Source: Candidatus Poribacteria bacterium (lineage in GTDB: Bacteria > Poribacteria > WGA-4E > WGA-3G). Taken from it: a stretch of DNA of 64,000 nucleotides. Positions 40,023-50,381 of the stretch are shown piece by piece (positions within the stretch are counted from its first letter, which is position 1; every line of letters starts with the position of its first letter). Position numbers and translations under genes: made by a program. Location of the stretch: the NCBI GenBank assembly GCA_963663765.2, contig CAXXUA010000003.1:224001-288000 (forward strand), written 5' to 3'. The notes under the pieces were generated by a model that did not search any database, was not told where the DNA came from, and saw only the letters and a list, made by a program, of their open reading frames with translations.

Positions 40023-41066
40023 TTAGAATTCGTGTATCAATCTATTATTTCGGATATTCCAGATTCGCACTTTTCCGTCACGTCCACCTGCAGCAACAAG
40101 ATTACCGTCAAGGTTTATCTGAACAGCATAAACAGGTTCTGGAGAGTCGTTAAAAGTTCGGCGTCGTCCACCAGTTTGGATATTCCATACGATCACTGAT
40201 GTGTCGGCACCGCCAGAGACGATATATTCTTGGTTGTTTGCAACACCGCAATCAACGCTATAGACAGGACCTTGATGTCCATTGAATTGCCGCACAAGTG
40301 TCCCACGTGTATTACCGTTATTGCCTTCTGTAACTCTCCAAGTTCGGACGACATTATCAGCGGCACCAGAAACAATAAGGTTTTCTCGTGTTGCATAAGC
40401 AAGCGAATAAACTGCGTCATCGTTACCATCAAAGCTAACAAGAACTGTATTATCTGCAGGATTCCACACCTTTAAGGTTTTATCTTCACTTCCAGTGACA
40501 TAGTAGTCTCCGTTAGGGTGATACAAAGTGGAAAGCACCCTACCGACGTGCTGCGTTAACCATTTTGCCTGATCCCCTAATGGCATGCCATCATCAAGGT
40601 TCTCTAAGTCAATGACAGTACTATATTCGTCCATGCTTGCGGTGAGTAATTTTTTATGATCCGGACTGATAGCGATAGATTCAATGGTATCACCGTGTAT
40701 CTCAAATGTCTTGATGAGTGCTTCTGTTTCTACGTTCCATAAACGGATTTCGCCGGTTCGGGCTGCTTCTCCACCACCTGCGTATAGCATTTTACCATCT
40801 GGTGAAAACGTTATGCATCGGACGCGACCAATGGTGGGTTCATAGGCATGAATCGTCTCTTGCGTTTCAAGGTCCCAGAGTTCTACCCACTGGTATCTTC
40901 CAACAGCAAGTGTTTTCCCATCAGGACTAAACTTGAGCGCCCAGATAGGAGATAGAATCTTTGCTTTTTCCTGTACCGGTTCATCCGCTTGCATAATACT
41001 TCCAAAAAGTATAGTAATCGCAAAGACTGATAAAACAGCAAGTATGTTGTATGTGAGTTTTTTCAT
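40023..41066 (-). CDS. Secreted WD40-repeat protein
   Basis: Signal peptide; about 7 FSPDG / GH....V / D..V..W repeats. Confidence 0.9.
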   Translation of the reverse strand: MKKLTYNILAVLSVFAITILFGSIMQADEPVQEKAKILSPIWALKFSPDGKTLAVGRYQWVELWDLETQETIHAYEPTIGRVRCITFSPDGKMLYAGGGEAARTGEIRLWNVETEALIKTFEIHGDTIESIAISPDHKKLLTASMDEYSTVIDLENLDDGMPLGDQAKWLTQHVGRVLSTLYHPNGDYYVTGSEDKTLKVWNPADNTVLVSFDGNDDAVYSLAYATRENLIVSGAADNVVRTWRVTEGNNGNTRGTLVRQFNGHQGPVYSVDCGVANNQEYIVSGGADTSVIVWNIQTGGRRRTFNDSPEPVYAVQINLDGNLVAAGGRDGKVRIWNIRNNRLIHEF

Positions 41067-41328
41067 AATCTCAATTTTTAAGGTAATGAGGGTAGGACAT
41101 TAATGATGAGAGAATATGTAGGAATGTAGTAGGGGACGACCTTATAATAGGGCGTGCAATAATTCTGCTACTACAGGTCACCTCATACCAAATTAACTTG
41201 ATATAACACATTCAATAATAGTAACTATGAAAGGAACGATTTCCTCACATAACATATTGTGTTAATTGGGTAAAAAGTCATCCGTAATTTCAGACAACAG
41301 CTATGTCTCAACCTCAGTTAGCAGCAGA

Positions 41329-41366
41329 TAATATAAGGTCAACGTTAGACTGTTGACCTTATATTA
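41329..41366. terminator. 15-bp stem-loop after the DUF1501 gene
   Basis: taatataaggtcaac-8nt-gttgaccttatatta. Confidence 0.5.
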
Positions 41367-41391
41367 CAATAATAACAGTATGTTTATCTGC

Positions 41392-42705
41392 TTAAGCTAA
41401 GACACCACGGATCGGCTGTCCGCCACGTGAAAGGACAATACGGACACCATCAGGCGATTCAATACTCTGATTGTAATCAATACCGAGGCTCTGATAAATA
41501 GTAGCAGACAAGTCTTCTGGCCGGACAGGTATTTCAGCGGGTTCCATTCCAAATGGATCGGATGCGCCGACAACTTGTCCACCTTTAACGCCACCACCAG
41601 CTAACATGATAGAGAAGACGCGTGGGTGGTGATCACGTCCACCGTTTCGGTTGATGACAGGTGTTCTTCCGAATTCACCCATAGTGACGACGAGAGTACT
41701 TTCAAGTAACCCGCGCTGTGCAAGGTCACTCATCAGTGTCGCCATTGTTTGATCAAAAGCTCTGAGTTTGCCTGACAGGGTTGAAAAGATGTTGTTGTGA
41801 TTGTCCCAGCCGCCATTGCTGACAGTGACAAAGTTCACACCAGATTCAACAAGCCTGCGTGCAAGGAGGCAGCTTTGTCCGAATGTGTCACGTCGGTATG
41901 CATCGCGCATATTCTTGGGTTCCTTTGACAGGTCAAATGCGGCGCGTGCATCTTCTGAACTCATAAGGTTGTAAGCTGACTTATAGAAATTGTCCATGGC
42001 TTCAACCCTTGGATTGCCTGCTTCGTATTTCTTGAATGCATTATCCACAGCTGCTCGCAAGTCTTTTCTGTTTTCAACCCGTTCATAAGTGACACCTTTG
42101 GGTGGTTCTAAATCGCGGACTTTGAAATTATTGCTTGCGGGGTTGCCATCTGGTGAAAACGGATCAAGTGATGCGCCTAAGAAACCACCACCAGCATAAG
42201 CAACAGGTGAGGGAATCGCGATATAAGGCGGTAACGCACTACGTTGTTCTTTGAGTTCTGCAACAACTGAACCGTGACCAGGAACAGCGAAGCCAGGTAA
42301 TGGTTGATAACCTGTGATCATATAATGTGTTCCACGTTCATGAGCACCTTCGGGAGAAGTCATTGAACGGATGACACACATTTTGTCTGCATGTTTTGCA
42401 AGTTTCGGCATGTGTTCACTGATTTGAACACCATCTGCATTTGTGGATATAGGTTTGAACAGACCACGGATCTCTTCGGGGGCATCGGGTTTGAGGTCCC
42501 ACATATCAAGGTGACTCGGACCGCCGCCTAACCATACCAAAATAACTGATTTTGCGCTGGCTGGTTTAACTGTCGCTTTCGCTACAGCTTTTAGACGGAA
42601 AAAGTCCGTAAGACCAAAACCAAATAACCCTAAGACACCAGCCTTAATCAGATCTCTGCGATAAAATCCTTCGCAGTCTGTTTTTGTGCAGTCTCTTTGG
42701 GACAT
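41392..42705 (-). CDS. DUF1501 family protein (Tat-like leader)
   Basis: RRDLIKAG, LGGGPSHLDMWDLKP, GQSCLLARRLVE.GV, GWDNH, GEFGRTP, GRDH. ATG 42705 follows AGGAG. Confidence 0.92.
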   Translation of the reverse strand: MSQRDCTKTDCEGFYRRDLIKAGVLGLFGFGLTDFFRLKAVAKATVKPASAKSVILVWLGGGPSHLDMWDLKPDAPEEIRGLFKPISTNADGVQISEHMPKLAKHADKMCVIRSMTSPEGAHERGTHYMITGYQPLPGFAVPGHGSVVAELKEQRSALPPYIAIPSPVAYAGGGFLGASLDPFSPDGNPASNNFKVRDLEPPKGVTYERVENRKDLRAAVDNAFKKYEAGNPRVEAMDNFYKSAYNLMSSEDARAAFDLSKEPKNMRDAYRRDTFGQSCLLARRLVESGVNFVTVSNGGWDNHNNIFSTLSGKLRAFDQTMATLMSDLAQRGLLESTLVVTMGEFGRTPVINRNGGRDHHPRVFSIMLAGGGVKGGQVVGASDPFGMEPAEIPVRPEDLSATIYQSLGIDYNQSIESPDGVRIVLSRGGQPIRGVLA

Positions 42706-42954
42706 AGTTGTTCTCCTAAAGTTGGTTAGTTGTTCTCTCATAGTTCTGATAAGTGTGCTAACACCGCACATCTATGAGATTAGTTCTGATGAATGAATGT
42801 TTGTTCGTTAAGACTTACCAGCAAAGGAACAAGTTGAACTTTCTTTTTTACAACATTTTTGCATATTACATCGGAGGGTTTTACCTTGGTAATAATGCGG
42901 GTTTCGGAGCGGAAAACCTTCCTAACCGCACTTCACGATGAGAATTTATTTATA

Positions 42955-42983
42955 ATTATATCTTATTAAAATCCTTATGTCAA
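42955..42983 (-). promoter_or_regulatory. Consensus sigma70 promoter for the DUF1501 operon
   Basis: Minus strand TTGACA-17bp-TATAAT. Confidence 0.7.
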
Positions 42984-43227
42984 GGGAAAAATCAATCAAG
43001 ATTACGTACAGTCCTGTATAATACATATTTTTGTTCGTTTTTTGTATTGCTAAAATAGAATTATGCATTCAATTTGTCGTTAGCACTGATTGTTCAAAAC
43101 ATACCACGTGGTATGTTTTGAAAATTGGCTTTTAATCCAGTCGTAGTAAGACTTAAAAGGCTTTTATTCGTAACTTCAAAATTTTTCATGTGTCTTTTTG
43201 GTGTGTGTTTTTTCTTTATGTTCGTCA

Positions 43228-43364
43228 TAAGCGTCAATTTAAGAAAAAGTGTTAGTTTTTTCCTTGTGGGTGGGGTTTTCAACCCCGAATTCACAATGGG
43301 AATAACGCATAATCGGGGTTAAAAACCCCTCCCACAAGAAAGTTTGTCCTTAAGTTTACACCTA
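43228..43364. mobile_element. TAGGTGT-type MITE with REP pair
   Basis: taagcgtcaatttaag ... cttaagtttacaccta; gtgggtggggttttcaacccc / ggggttaaaaacccctcccac. Confidence 0.65.
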
Positions 43365-43417
43365 TAGAGTTGAAAACCCCTCCCACAAAAGGTCAAAATC
43401 CTTAAACAGAAGGAGCG

Positions 43418-46400
43418 CTATTCTTCAGTTTGACTCTTTTCAACAAATGCTCCAACACGACATACCCGTTTGTAAGCGCAGTAATTGCACGGAGCACTAA
43501 TCTCTTTAGGTTTGATAGGTGTGTCACCCTCACCTTCCGATTCTACATAAGTATCAACACGTGTGATAAGAGGAAAGATGCCGTTTGAGATACTATCAAC
43601 ATACTGTTGAACATAACCATTTACGCGTTCAAGAAGTATATCAAAAGTTGTTTCTTCTAATAACTGACCGCTTTTACTCGCCTTTTTCCATTCTTGACCG
43701 TTGTAAGTTCTGTAGGTAACATCGTTCAATATTTCTGTTCCAATACCAAGTTCAACTTTGCATTCATCCAGTCTTATTTTGTGATAAAGTCCTGCCGCTG
43801 TCTCTAATCCGGGGAAACCATTTTCATCAAGCAACTGCTTTGCGATTTGTAGATAAATGGGTAGTTGCAGACTCCGTCCCTCAAGTATATCTCTAATTCC
43901 CACTCTTGAACTACCTGTCTTGTAATCAATGATGTTGAAACTGCCTGGACTGATGTCTATACGATCAATTTTACCTACTAATGATATGTCTCCAATGGCA
44001 ATGGGTTTAGGACAACTGAGTTGCGTATCTCTCTGTCCGTGTGTTCTGCCGATACTCACTTCAAAGAAACTTTGTCCAACATGTAAATCGTAGGTGTGTT
44101 CGGCTTCAAGCCATTTGTGTAGCGATACACGTAACTTATCATTATCAATTACCCAAAAAAGATTGTTTCCATCAATATCCGAACGTTTATCCAATCTTTT
44201 TTCTGATTTGTTCTTTAGTATTTCATTTAATTGTCGTTTTGCTTCTTCAAAGGTTTCATCATCACATCTGTTAATAGGAGGGTCCTTTCGATTTTTTCTT
44301 TCCGTATAGAACGCGTAGAGAATATCATGTACCAAGGAACCCTTTTCAAGACTGGATAATTCATCCTCAAGTTCATCCTCTTCTATCTTTGCCTTCAGCA
44401 CTTTAGTAACAAAGTACTGAAATGGACATTTGGCGTAAGTTTCCAAATCCGTCACTGAAAATGATTGCTTTCTTAGATTATGCAAAAAAGAATGGCTTTC
44501 AGTGGAAAGATTTTCCTCAGTCAAAATTCCTTCATACGCTATTTTGTCATGCGTTTCTTCGCGGCTCTTTTCAACATTAACGACATGATTTATGAGTTGT
44601 TTCATATCTGCTGCTTCGGTAGGGAATTCCACGTCTGAAGGTTCATCTACTTTCCACACATATTCACCGTAAGTACTAAGGAAACCGGGAACACTTCTCT
44701 TTGTGGGGTTTGTAATTTCTTCCTTTCCGATGTCCACGATTGCTGTTAATTGCGTTTGGAATAACGAAGGTATTAAGTCCGACACTTTTTCACGTTGCGG
44801 TACAAGGAGATAAAGTCGTTCACGAAAGGATTTGAGAACACGGTAAAACAGGAAGCGATTGTCGTATAGGAATTCGTCCTCAGTGCGATAAGGGGCATCA
44901 GGCAGCAATGGGTCAGGACGATAATGTGACGGGAATCCGCCGTCTACAAGATCACCTAAGAAAACGATTTTATACTCTAAACTTCTGAGTTGACCAAGTG
45001 TAGCAATTTTTACTGTTTCTGCTTTTGTCTGTGCTCTATTCTGATAGTGTGTATATTTTGCTACGTAGTTTAGTTTTTTTGCATAATCATTCAGATTGTA
45101 TGTCTCATCACGCTCAGATTTCAAGACATCACATAGCTCTTTGACAATCCTTCTGAATTGCTGTAATGCATTTATTTCACCTTCAACAATTTCGGTGTTT
45201 TTCCGAAACATAGGGTTCAAAATACGTTGAAGGACTTCACCATTGTTTAGGAGTTCCTCAACATATTGATGAAAATCATCTGGATGTAAGTTCTGATTAG
45301 ATGATTGATGATCAACATCTTCAAAATAGGTATTGCCTAAAGGTCTCCGGATTGGTGAAAGGCGAGAAAGGATTTCTTTGACGACCTCTGATTTTGTTAA
45401 CGGAATACTCTCTGCGAGTGAATACGGAATTCCAAAAGCAGGAAAAATCTCTACAATCCGCTGTTGATAGTAACTTAGATTATAAAACGTTACACAGATT
45501 TCACTCAATTGACATTTACCTTCTGACACATATCTTTGAATTAAGTAGGCAATTTGCTCAATTTCTTCAGTTCGATCAGATGGTTTCAAAACCCTAATTT
45601 GATCTGTTAGGTCAATTTTGTCATCTACATCATTCATCGTTTGGAACAAGTTTCTTGCAAAATGGTTGTGATTATCAGAATCGCGCTCATATTCGGAATC
45701 AATGTTAACACCTGCCTCTTCAAATTCTCTGACAAGGTCTATGATATTTTTGTAAAGGCATTCATTTTCTGGAAAACAGTCAGTGCGGAACCACATCTCT
45801 AATTCAGGTATTTCTGCAATACCTTTCAAGAGTTTGATGTCCGCTTTTGTCAGCACTGTGAAACCTTCAACGACAACAAGGTCTGCTTTCGGAAAAGCAC
45901 TTTTAAAGTAGTCATGTTCAAAGTGGTTTGCAAGGTAGAGATGTTTACCTCTGTCATCTATCCAGTTTTTTTGGAGTTTATCCTCATACTTATTATAGAT
46001 ATGAGATAGATCAGTCTTGGTGTGTGTATCTGTTGCGATGTTTTGGACAGTTTCGCCACGTTCCTTGAGGTTATTTATTGTGTCAGTGATGAGAGAGAGA
46101 GTGCTATCAGGTACAGCAACATCGGGATTTGGACGAAATGCGTTATATGCATAGGAGGCGGAATTATCCGAGTTTGGATTAACTATGTCGTGCAGCCAAA
46201 GGCTTTGGATTCCTGAGGAAATATGTTGTCTTGAAAGACGAACTTGGTTGTACAATCTTTGTACGAAATTTTCTATATCGTAGACCTGCAAATTGGCGAC
46301 TGCACTGTTTGGGTGAGATTCAATCAATTCGCGTTGTCGTCTTAAGCGCGCAGCATCGTTTGGTACAATGATAACACAAGCTTCTGCCTTATCGTCACGA

Positions 46401-46435
46401 ATACGCGTTTTGATGGTGTTTTCTATATCTTGCAT
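43418..46435 (-). CDS. addB: AddB-like helicase-fold/PD-(D/E)xK nuclease with 4Fe-4S cysteines
   Basis: SVTDLETYAKCPFQYF, GSLVH, GKIDRID, IIDYKTG, LQLPIY, CNYCAYKRVCR. Confidence 0.7.
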   Translation of the reverse strand: MQDIENTIKTRIRDDKAEACVIIVPNDAARLRRQRELIESHPNSAVANLQVYDIENFVQRLYNQVRLSRQHISSGIQSLWLHDIVNPNSDNSASYAYNAFRPNPDVAVPDSTLSLITDTINNLKERGETVQNIATDTHTKTDLSHIYNKYEDKLQKNWIDDRGKHLYLANHFEHDYFKSAFPKADLVVVEGFTVLTKADIKLLKGIAEIPELEMWFRTDCFPENECLYKNIIDLVREFEEAGVNIDSEYERDSDNHNHFARNLFQTMNDVDDKIDLTDQIRVLKPSDRTEEIEQIAYLIQRYVSEGKCQLSEICVTFYNLSYYQQRIVEIFPAFGIPYSLAESIPLTKSEVVKEILSRLSPIRRPLGNTYFEDVDHQSSNQNLHPDDFHQYVEELLNNGEVLQRILNPMFRKNTEIVEGEINALQQFRRIVKELCDVLKSERDETYNLNDYAKKLNYVAKYTHYQNRAQTKAETVKIATLGQLRSLEYKIVFLGDLVDGGFPSHYRPDPLLPDAPYRTEDEFLYDNRFLFYRVLKSFRERLYLLVPQREKVSDLIPSLFQTQLTAIVDIGKEEITNPTKRSVPGFLSTYGEYVWKVDEPSDVEFPTEAADMKQLINHVVNVEKSREETHDKIAYEGILTEENLSTESHSFLHNLRKQSFSVTDLETYAKCPFQYFVTKVLKAKIEEDELEDELSSLEKGSLVHDILYAFYTERKNRKDPPINRCDDETFEEAKRQLNEILKNKSEKRLDKRSDIDGNNLFWVIDNDKLRVSLHKWLEAEHTYDLHVGQSFFEVSIGRTHGQRDTQLSCPKPIAIGDISLVGKIDRIDISPGSFNIIDYKTGSSRVGIRDILEGRSLQLPIYLQIAKQLLDENGFPGLETAAGLYHKIRLDECKVELGIGTEILNDVTYRTYNGQEWKKASKSGQLLEETTFDILLERVNGYVQQYVDSISNGIFPLITRVDTYVESEGEGDTPIKPKEISAPCNYCAYKRVCRVGAFVEKSQTEE

Positions 46436-46458
46436 CTTGAGGAATTATAGTATGTATA

Positions 46459-48351
46459 TTACTGAACTTTTGTGCCAAGTGACACTTCCGTTTCAGGCGT
46501 TGCTAAGACGACAGAGTCACCACTTGCTGCGAGGATCATTCCTTGCGATTCAACGTTGCGAATCGTCGCGGGTTCCAAATTTACGACTACGATCACCTGT
46601 TTACCGATTAGGATATCCGGTTTATAGTGTTCTGCTATGCCTGCGACTACTTGTCGTTTTTCTGTGCCAAGGTCAACCAGTAGTTTGAGAAGGCGATCCG
46701 CACCTTCAATCGGTTCAGCAGATACAACGTTACCAACCCTTAAATCCAGTTTTTGAAAATCAGCAAAGGAGATAAGATTGGTCGGCTTCTTCTCCGATTT
46801 TTGTTTCGGTTTATCTGCTTTTGCTTGCGGTGCTTTTTCTTTTTCCAGATCAACACGCGGGAAGATAGGTTTGCCTTTGCTAACCTTTAGGTCAGCAGGT
46901 AAACGTCCCCATTCTGCGACATTATCAAATTCTGTTAATCCGATCTGTTTTTGTATTTTCTCTGCAGTCTCTGGAATAAACGGTGATAGCAGCACAGAAA
47001 TGAATCGTAGTGCTTCTAAGCTATTGTAGAGGATAGTTGCCATTCTCGGTTTTGTTTCAGGTTTTGCCAGTGTCCAGACTTCAGTTTGTTGCACATAACG
47101 GTTGACGCGGCGAACAAATTCCCATATCGTTTCCAATACACTGTCAAAAGCAAATGCCTCCATTTGTGCGTCCATTTTTTCCATTGTCGCTTGTGCCATT
47201 TCCTTGATTTCTTCGTCAAAATCCCCTGGTGTCGTTGGTTCAGGTATTTCATCAAAGTTCTTGTTGACCAAACCGAGAACACGGTTGAGCAAATTGCCGA
47301 GATCATTTGCAAGGTCTGCGTTATAGCGTGCATGCAAACGAGTAGGACGGTAATCACCATCATTCCCGAAACTAAATTCGCGCAGAAGGTAATAACGGAA
47401 CGCATCAACACCATAAGTTTCTATATCGCCATCCATATCAATGAAGATACCGCGTGTTTTGCTCAGTGCTTCACCATCCTTTGTCAACCAACCGTGCGCG
47501 ACAATCTGTTTAGGAAGTGGTAGGTTCGCTGCCATCAACATTGCTGGCCAAAGTAGTGCGTGAAAACGGGTGATTTCCTTCGCCATCATGTGTACATCAG
47601 CAGGCCAAAAAGAATGATACCGTTCACTATCGGCATCATAACCCAGTGCGGTTATATAGTTCGGCAGTGCATCTATCCAGACATAAGCAATGTGTTCGGG
47701 GTCAAACGGCAACGGTATCCCCCACGAGACAGAGGAACGTGAAATACTGGTATCTTCCAATCCTGACTCCAACACGTTTAAGAGTTCATTCCGTCTGCTT
47801 TCAGGATAGACAAAATCGGGGTTCTCATTGTAATGTTGTAGCAAACGGTCCTGATACTTGGAAAGGCGAAAAAAATAGTTTTCCTCTTTCAACCATTCTA
47901 ACGGTAATTTATGAATCGGACAAATATTTTCATCGGTTAACTCCTTCTCTGGGAAGAAACGTTCACACGGACGACAGTAATGCCCTTCATAAGGTGCTTT
48001 GTAGACATCTCCACTCTCATAGAGTGCAGTAAGGAACTTTCTTATACCGCGTTTGTGGAGTTCGCTTGTTGTTCGGAGAAAGATGTCATTTGATATATTT
48101 AATCGTTCCCACAATTTAGTAAAAATTGGTGCTAACTTGTCGCAAAATGCTTGCGGGGGAAGACCTTCGGTTTCAGCTGTCTTATCAATGTTTGCACCGT
48201 GTTCATCAACGCCAGTTAGAAAAAATACGTTATTACCTTTGATGCGGTGATAACGTGCTAATGCATCAGCAGCAATGGTCGTGTAGGCGTGTCCCGCATG
48301 GGGTTCACCATTGGCGTAGTAGATAGGGGTGGTGACGTAAAATGTATTCAT
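46459..48351 (-). CDS. metG: Methionine--tRNA ligase with C-terminal tRNA-binding domain
   Basis: FYVTTPIYYAN..HAGH, YVWIDAL.NY, LSKTRG (KMSKS-like), LANDLGNL, C-terminal DLRVG...SQGMILAA. Confidence 0.96.
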   Translation of the reverse strand: MNTFYVTTPIYYANGEPHAGHAYTTIAADALARYHRIKGNNVFFLTGVDEHGANIDKTAETEGLPPQAFCDKLAPIFTKLWERLNISNDIFLRTTSELHKRGIRKFLTALYESGDVYKAPYEGHYCRPCERFFPEKELTDENICPIHKLPLEWLKEENYFFRLSKYQDRLLQHYNENPDFVYPESRRNELLNVLESGLEDTSISRSSVSWGIPLPFDPEHIAYVWIDALPNYITALGYDADSERYHSFWPADVHMMAKEITRFHALLWPAMLMAANLPLPKQIVAHGWLTKDGEALSKTRGIFIDMDGDIETYGVDAFRYYLLREFSFGNDGDYRPTRLHARYNADLANDLGNLLNRVLGLVNKNFDEIPEPTTPGDFDEEIKEMAQATMEKMDAQMEAFAFDSVLETIWEFVRRVNRYVQQTEVWTLAKPETKPRMATILYNSLEALRFISVLLSPFIPETAEKIQKQIGLTEFDNVAEWGRLPADLKVSKGKPIFPRVDLEKEKAPQAKADKPKQKSEKKPTNLISFADFQKLDLRVGNVVSAEPIEGADRLLKLLVDLGTEKRQVVAGIAEHYKPDILIGKQVIVVVNLEPATIRNVESQGMILAASGDSVVLATPETEVSLGTKVQ

Positions 48352-48391
48352 ATATTTTCGCAATTGGTTTTGATTTTAAAATTGTCGGTCT

Positions 48392-48994
48392 TTAAGATTT
48401 TTCAATAAAAAGTGAATCGGGTATCCCCGCTTGAATTTCTTCAAATGAAAGGGAAAATCCTGTGCTAAGATAACCACCTTCAGCATTTGCGTACTGTCTA
48501 CGTTTCATATATACGTCTTCATTCTTTTATACGTCTTCATTCTTTATAAGCAGTGTTTGGAATTGTTTAAAATTTATGAAGATACATAATGATCGGGGCC
48601 ATATAGCATAGGCGAGGTAATCACATATGATATCGGTATCCCATCCCCATCCAACTTTCCAAATCCGTTTATCTTCCCATCTCTCCACAAAAACATCCCC
48701 GTAATCCTGATATCGAACTTTTTCCTCAACTATAAAACTTCTACCATCGTTAAATAAAATTCGCTTGTCTAAACCTTTTTTTTGAGTATCGTTATCTTGG
48801 TAGATTTTTATTTGGCTGCGCGGGAAGGGGTAATTCTCAAGATATGGGTTAGGATCAATTGAACAATTAAACTCCATATATGCTAATGTGCTGCCTTTCT
48901 TAGACGCAAATTCTTTGTAAAACTCAACCCATAACGGATCAAACGATCTCTTTTCACTTATGATACGTCTATGTTCAAAGGAATTATTTTTCAC
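48392..48994 (-). pseudogene. PD-(D/E)xK-like protein truncated by an in-frame 18-bp tandem duplication
   Basis: GLD...EEK.R....D...E motif. Duplicated TATACGTCTTCATTCTTT (48510-48527, 48528-48545) creates TAA, and the frame continues to a stop at 48392. Confidence 0.65.
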
Positions 48995-49036
48995 TTTACG
49001 TCCTCTAAGTCTTACATACCAATAGTGTTTTTCTTT

Positions 49037-49687
49037 TTATGAGTCTGAAAAGTTACGTGACACTTCTTTGTTGAAAAAGATAGGATCATGCCAATAACAC
49101 CCAACACATGTGCCTTTGTATTCACCATTGCCACGAACTTGACTGACTTGATAACCTAAACGTTTAGCATCAAAACGTTTTCCAGTGTCTCGGCATTCAA
49201 CACAATGCTGACGTTTAGCGTAATTACCAGGTTTAGATAACGGTTGAAAGTCGTCTAACTTTAAACATTTAACATCACTCAATCTCGGATCATCTAACCG
49301 TCCATCTTTATGGTCACAGTCAGGTTTGCTTGTACCTAAAACAACACAGTTTTTAGATGTGATAATTTGTCGAAAGCTGTCAGGGATTGGTTTTTGAGTT
49401 CCAGGTGCTTTTTTATATCCATGCAACTCTATATGTGTATTCTTATTGCCTTTGCCTTTTTTGTGTCTGAGAACATTGTAATATTTTGCTAATGTGCCAT
49501 CTGCGCGCGCCCAATCAGCACCGTTACCGAATTTAAGTCTTTCATATTTCCCTACAAATTCCTCCACTGAAACTTCACGACTGAAACCTAATTCATCAGG
49601 ATTTGCTAATTCTACAAATAAAGCGTTCTTACTTCCTAACTTGAATTTAGGTGGAAGGTTTGCATCATTTTTCTGGTTTCTGTTCAT
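49037..49687 (-). CDS. NlaIII/IceA1-like HNH restriction endonuclease
   Basis: LF.ELA.PD..G.SR.V.V.EFVG.Y..L..GNG..W, DHKDGR, DDFQPL, KRQ.C..C..TG.RFDA, CVGCY.. match the H. pylori IceA1/NlaIII pattern as I recall it. Confidence 0.8.
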   Translation of the reverse strand: MNRNQKNDANLPPKFKLGSKNALFVELANPDELGFSREVSVEEFVGKYERLKFGNGADWARADGTLAKYYNVLRHKKGKGNKNTHIELHGYKKAPGTQKPIPDSFRQIITSKNCVVLGTSKPDCDHKDGRLDDPRLSDVKCLKLDDFQPLSKPGNYAKRQHCVECRDTGKRFDAKRLGYQVSQVRGNGEYKGTCVGCYWHDPIFFNKEVSRNFSDS

Positions 49688-50381
49688 TTTCCATCCTCTC
49701 CTGTGAAATTCTCACATAATTATCATCTATATCACATCCGGAAAAATGTCTAAAATTTCTCAGTGCTGCAACGCCGGTAGTGCCAGCTCCGAGGAACGGG
49801 TCTACAACAAGATCCCCTTGGCTACTATGCTTACGGACTAAATCCTCAAACAATAATAAAGGTTTTTGTGTGGGATGTTGTCTTTTGCCTTTGTGTCGGG
49901 GAATCGGATACTCATAGATACCAGAGTCATATTTGCTATTGAAAGTAGGTTTGCCAACTTTGACACCGACAACAGCCATTTCTCTACTATTAGAGAGATA
50001 GGTTGCACGCATATTTAATGGCACGGGATTAGTCTTTTGCCATATAATCTGTCGGAGCATTTTGAATCCTGCTGATTCCATTGCATCCTTAACCTTACCT
50101 ATTTTCCAAAGGTCATACCAGACAATAGCAGTACCACCTCGGCGTAAGGACTGATAAAACACCTTTGCCATAACGTCAAGATTTATCTCAACATGATCCC
50201 ACGGACCAAAGTCCATACTAACAGCAAATCTCTTTACACCGTTTACAACATCTGAAAATCCCGTTTTTTTGCTGATGCAATAGGGCGGGTCTGTTAAAAT
50301 AAGATCCACTGATCCAGGGGACAATGAAGCCATAAAATCTTGATAATCTGCCACTGTGACGCTAAAATTTGTAAACAACAT
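49665..50381 (-). CDS. N6/N4 DNA methyltransferase (beta class)
   Basis: TDPPY before HPTQKP and DPFLGAGTTG; overlaps the endonuclease start. Confidence 0.92.
   Translation of the reverse strand: MLFTNFSVTVADYQDFMASLSPGSVDLILTDPPYCISKKTGFSDVVNGVKRFAVSMDFGPWDHVEINLDVMAKVFYQSLRRGGTAIVWYDLWKIGKVKDAMESAGFKMLRQIIWQKTNPVPLNMRATYLSNSREMAVVGVKVGKPTFNSKYDSGIYEYPIPRHKGKRQHPTQKPLLLFEDLVRKHSSQGDLVVDPFLGAGTTGVAALRNFRHFSGCDIDDNYVRISQERMENEQKPEK

Noticed and set aside
42869-42940. Assignment as a SAM-I or c-di-GMP-II riboswitch
   Set aside because: It lacks the GCAACC/GGUGC core of SAM-I and the GGGCAC/GUGC pseudoknot of c-di-GMP-II, so it is kept only as an unclassified candidate.
43094-43322. Small ORFs upstream of the DUF1501 promoter
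   Set aside because: They overlap MITE/REP sequence and show no coding signal.
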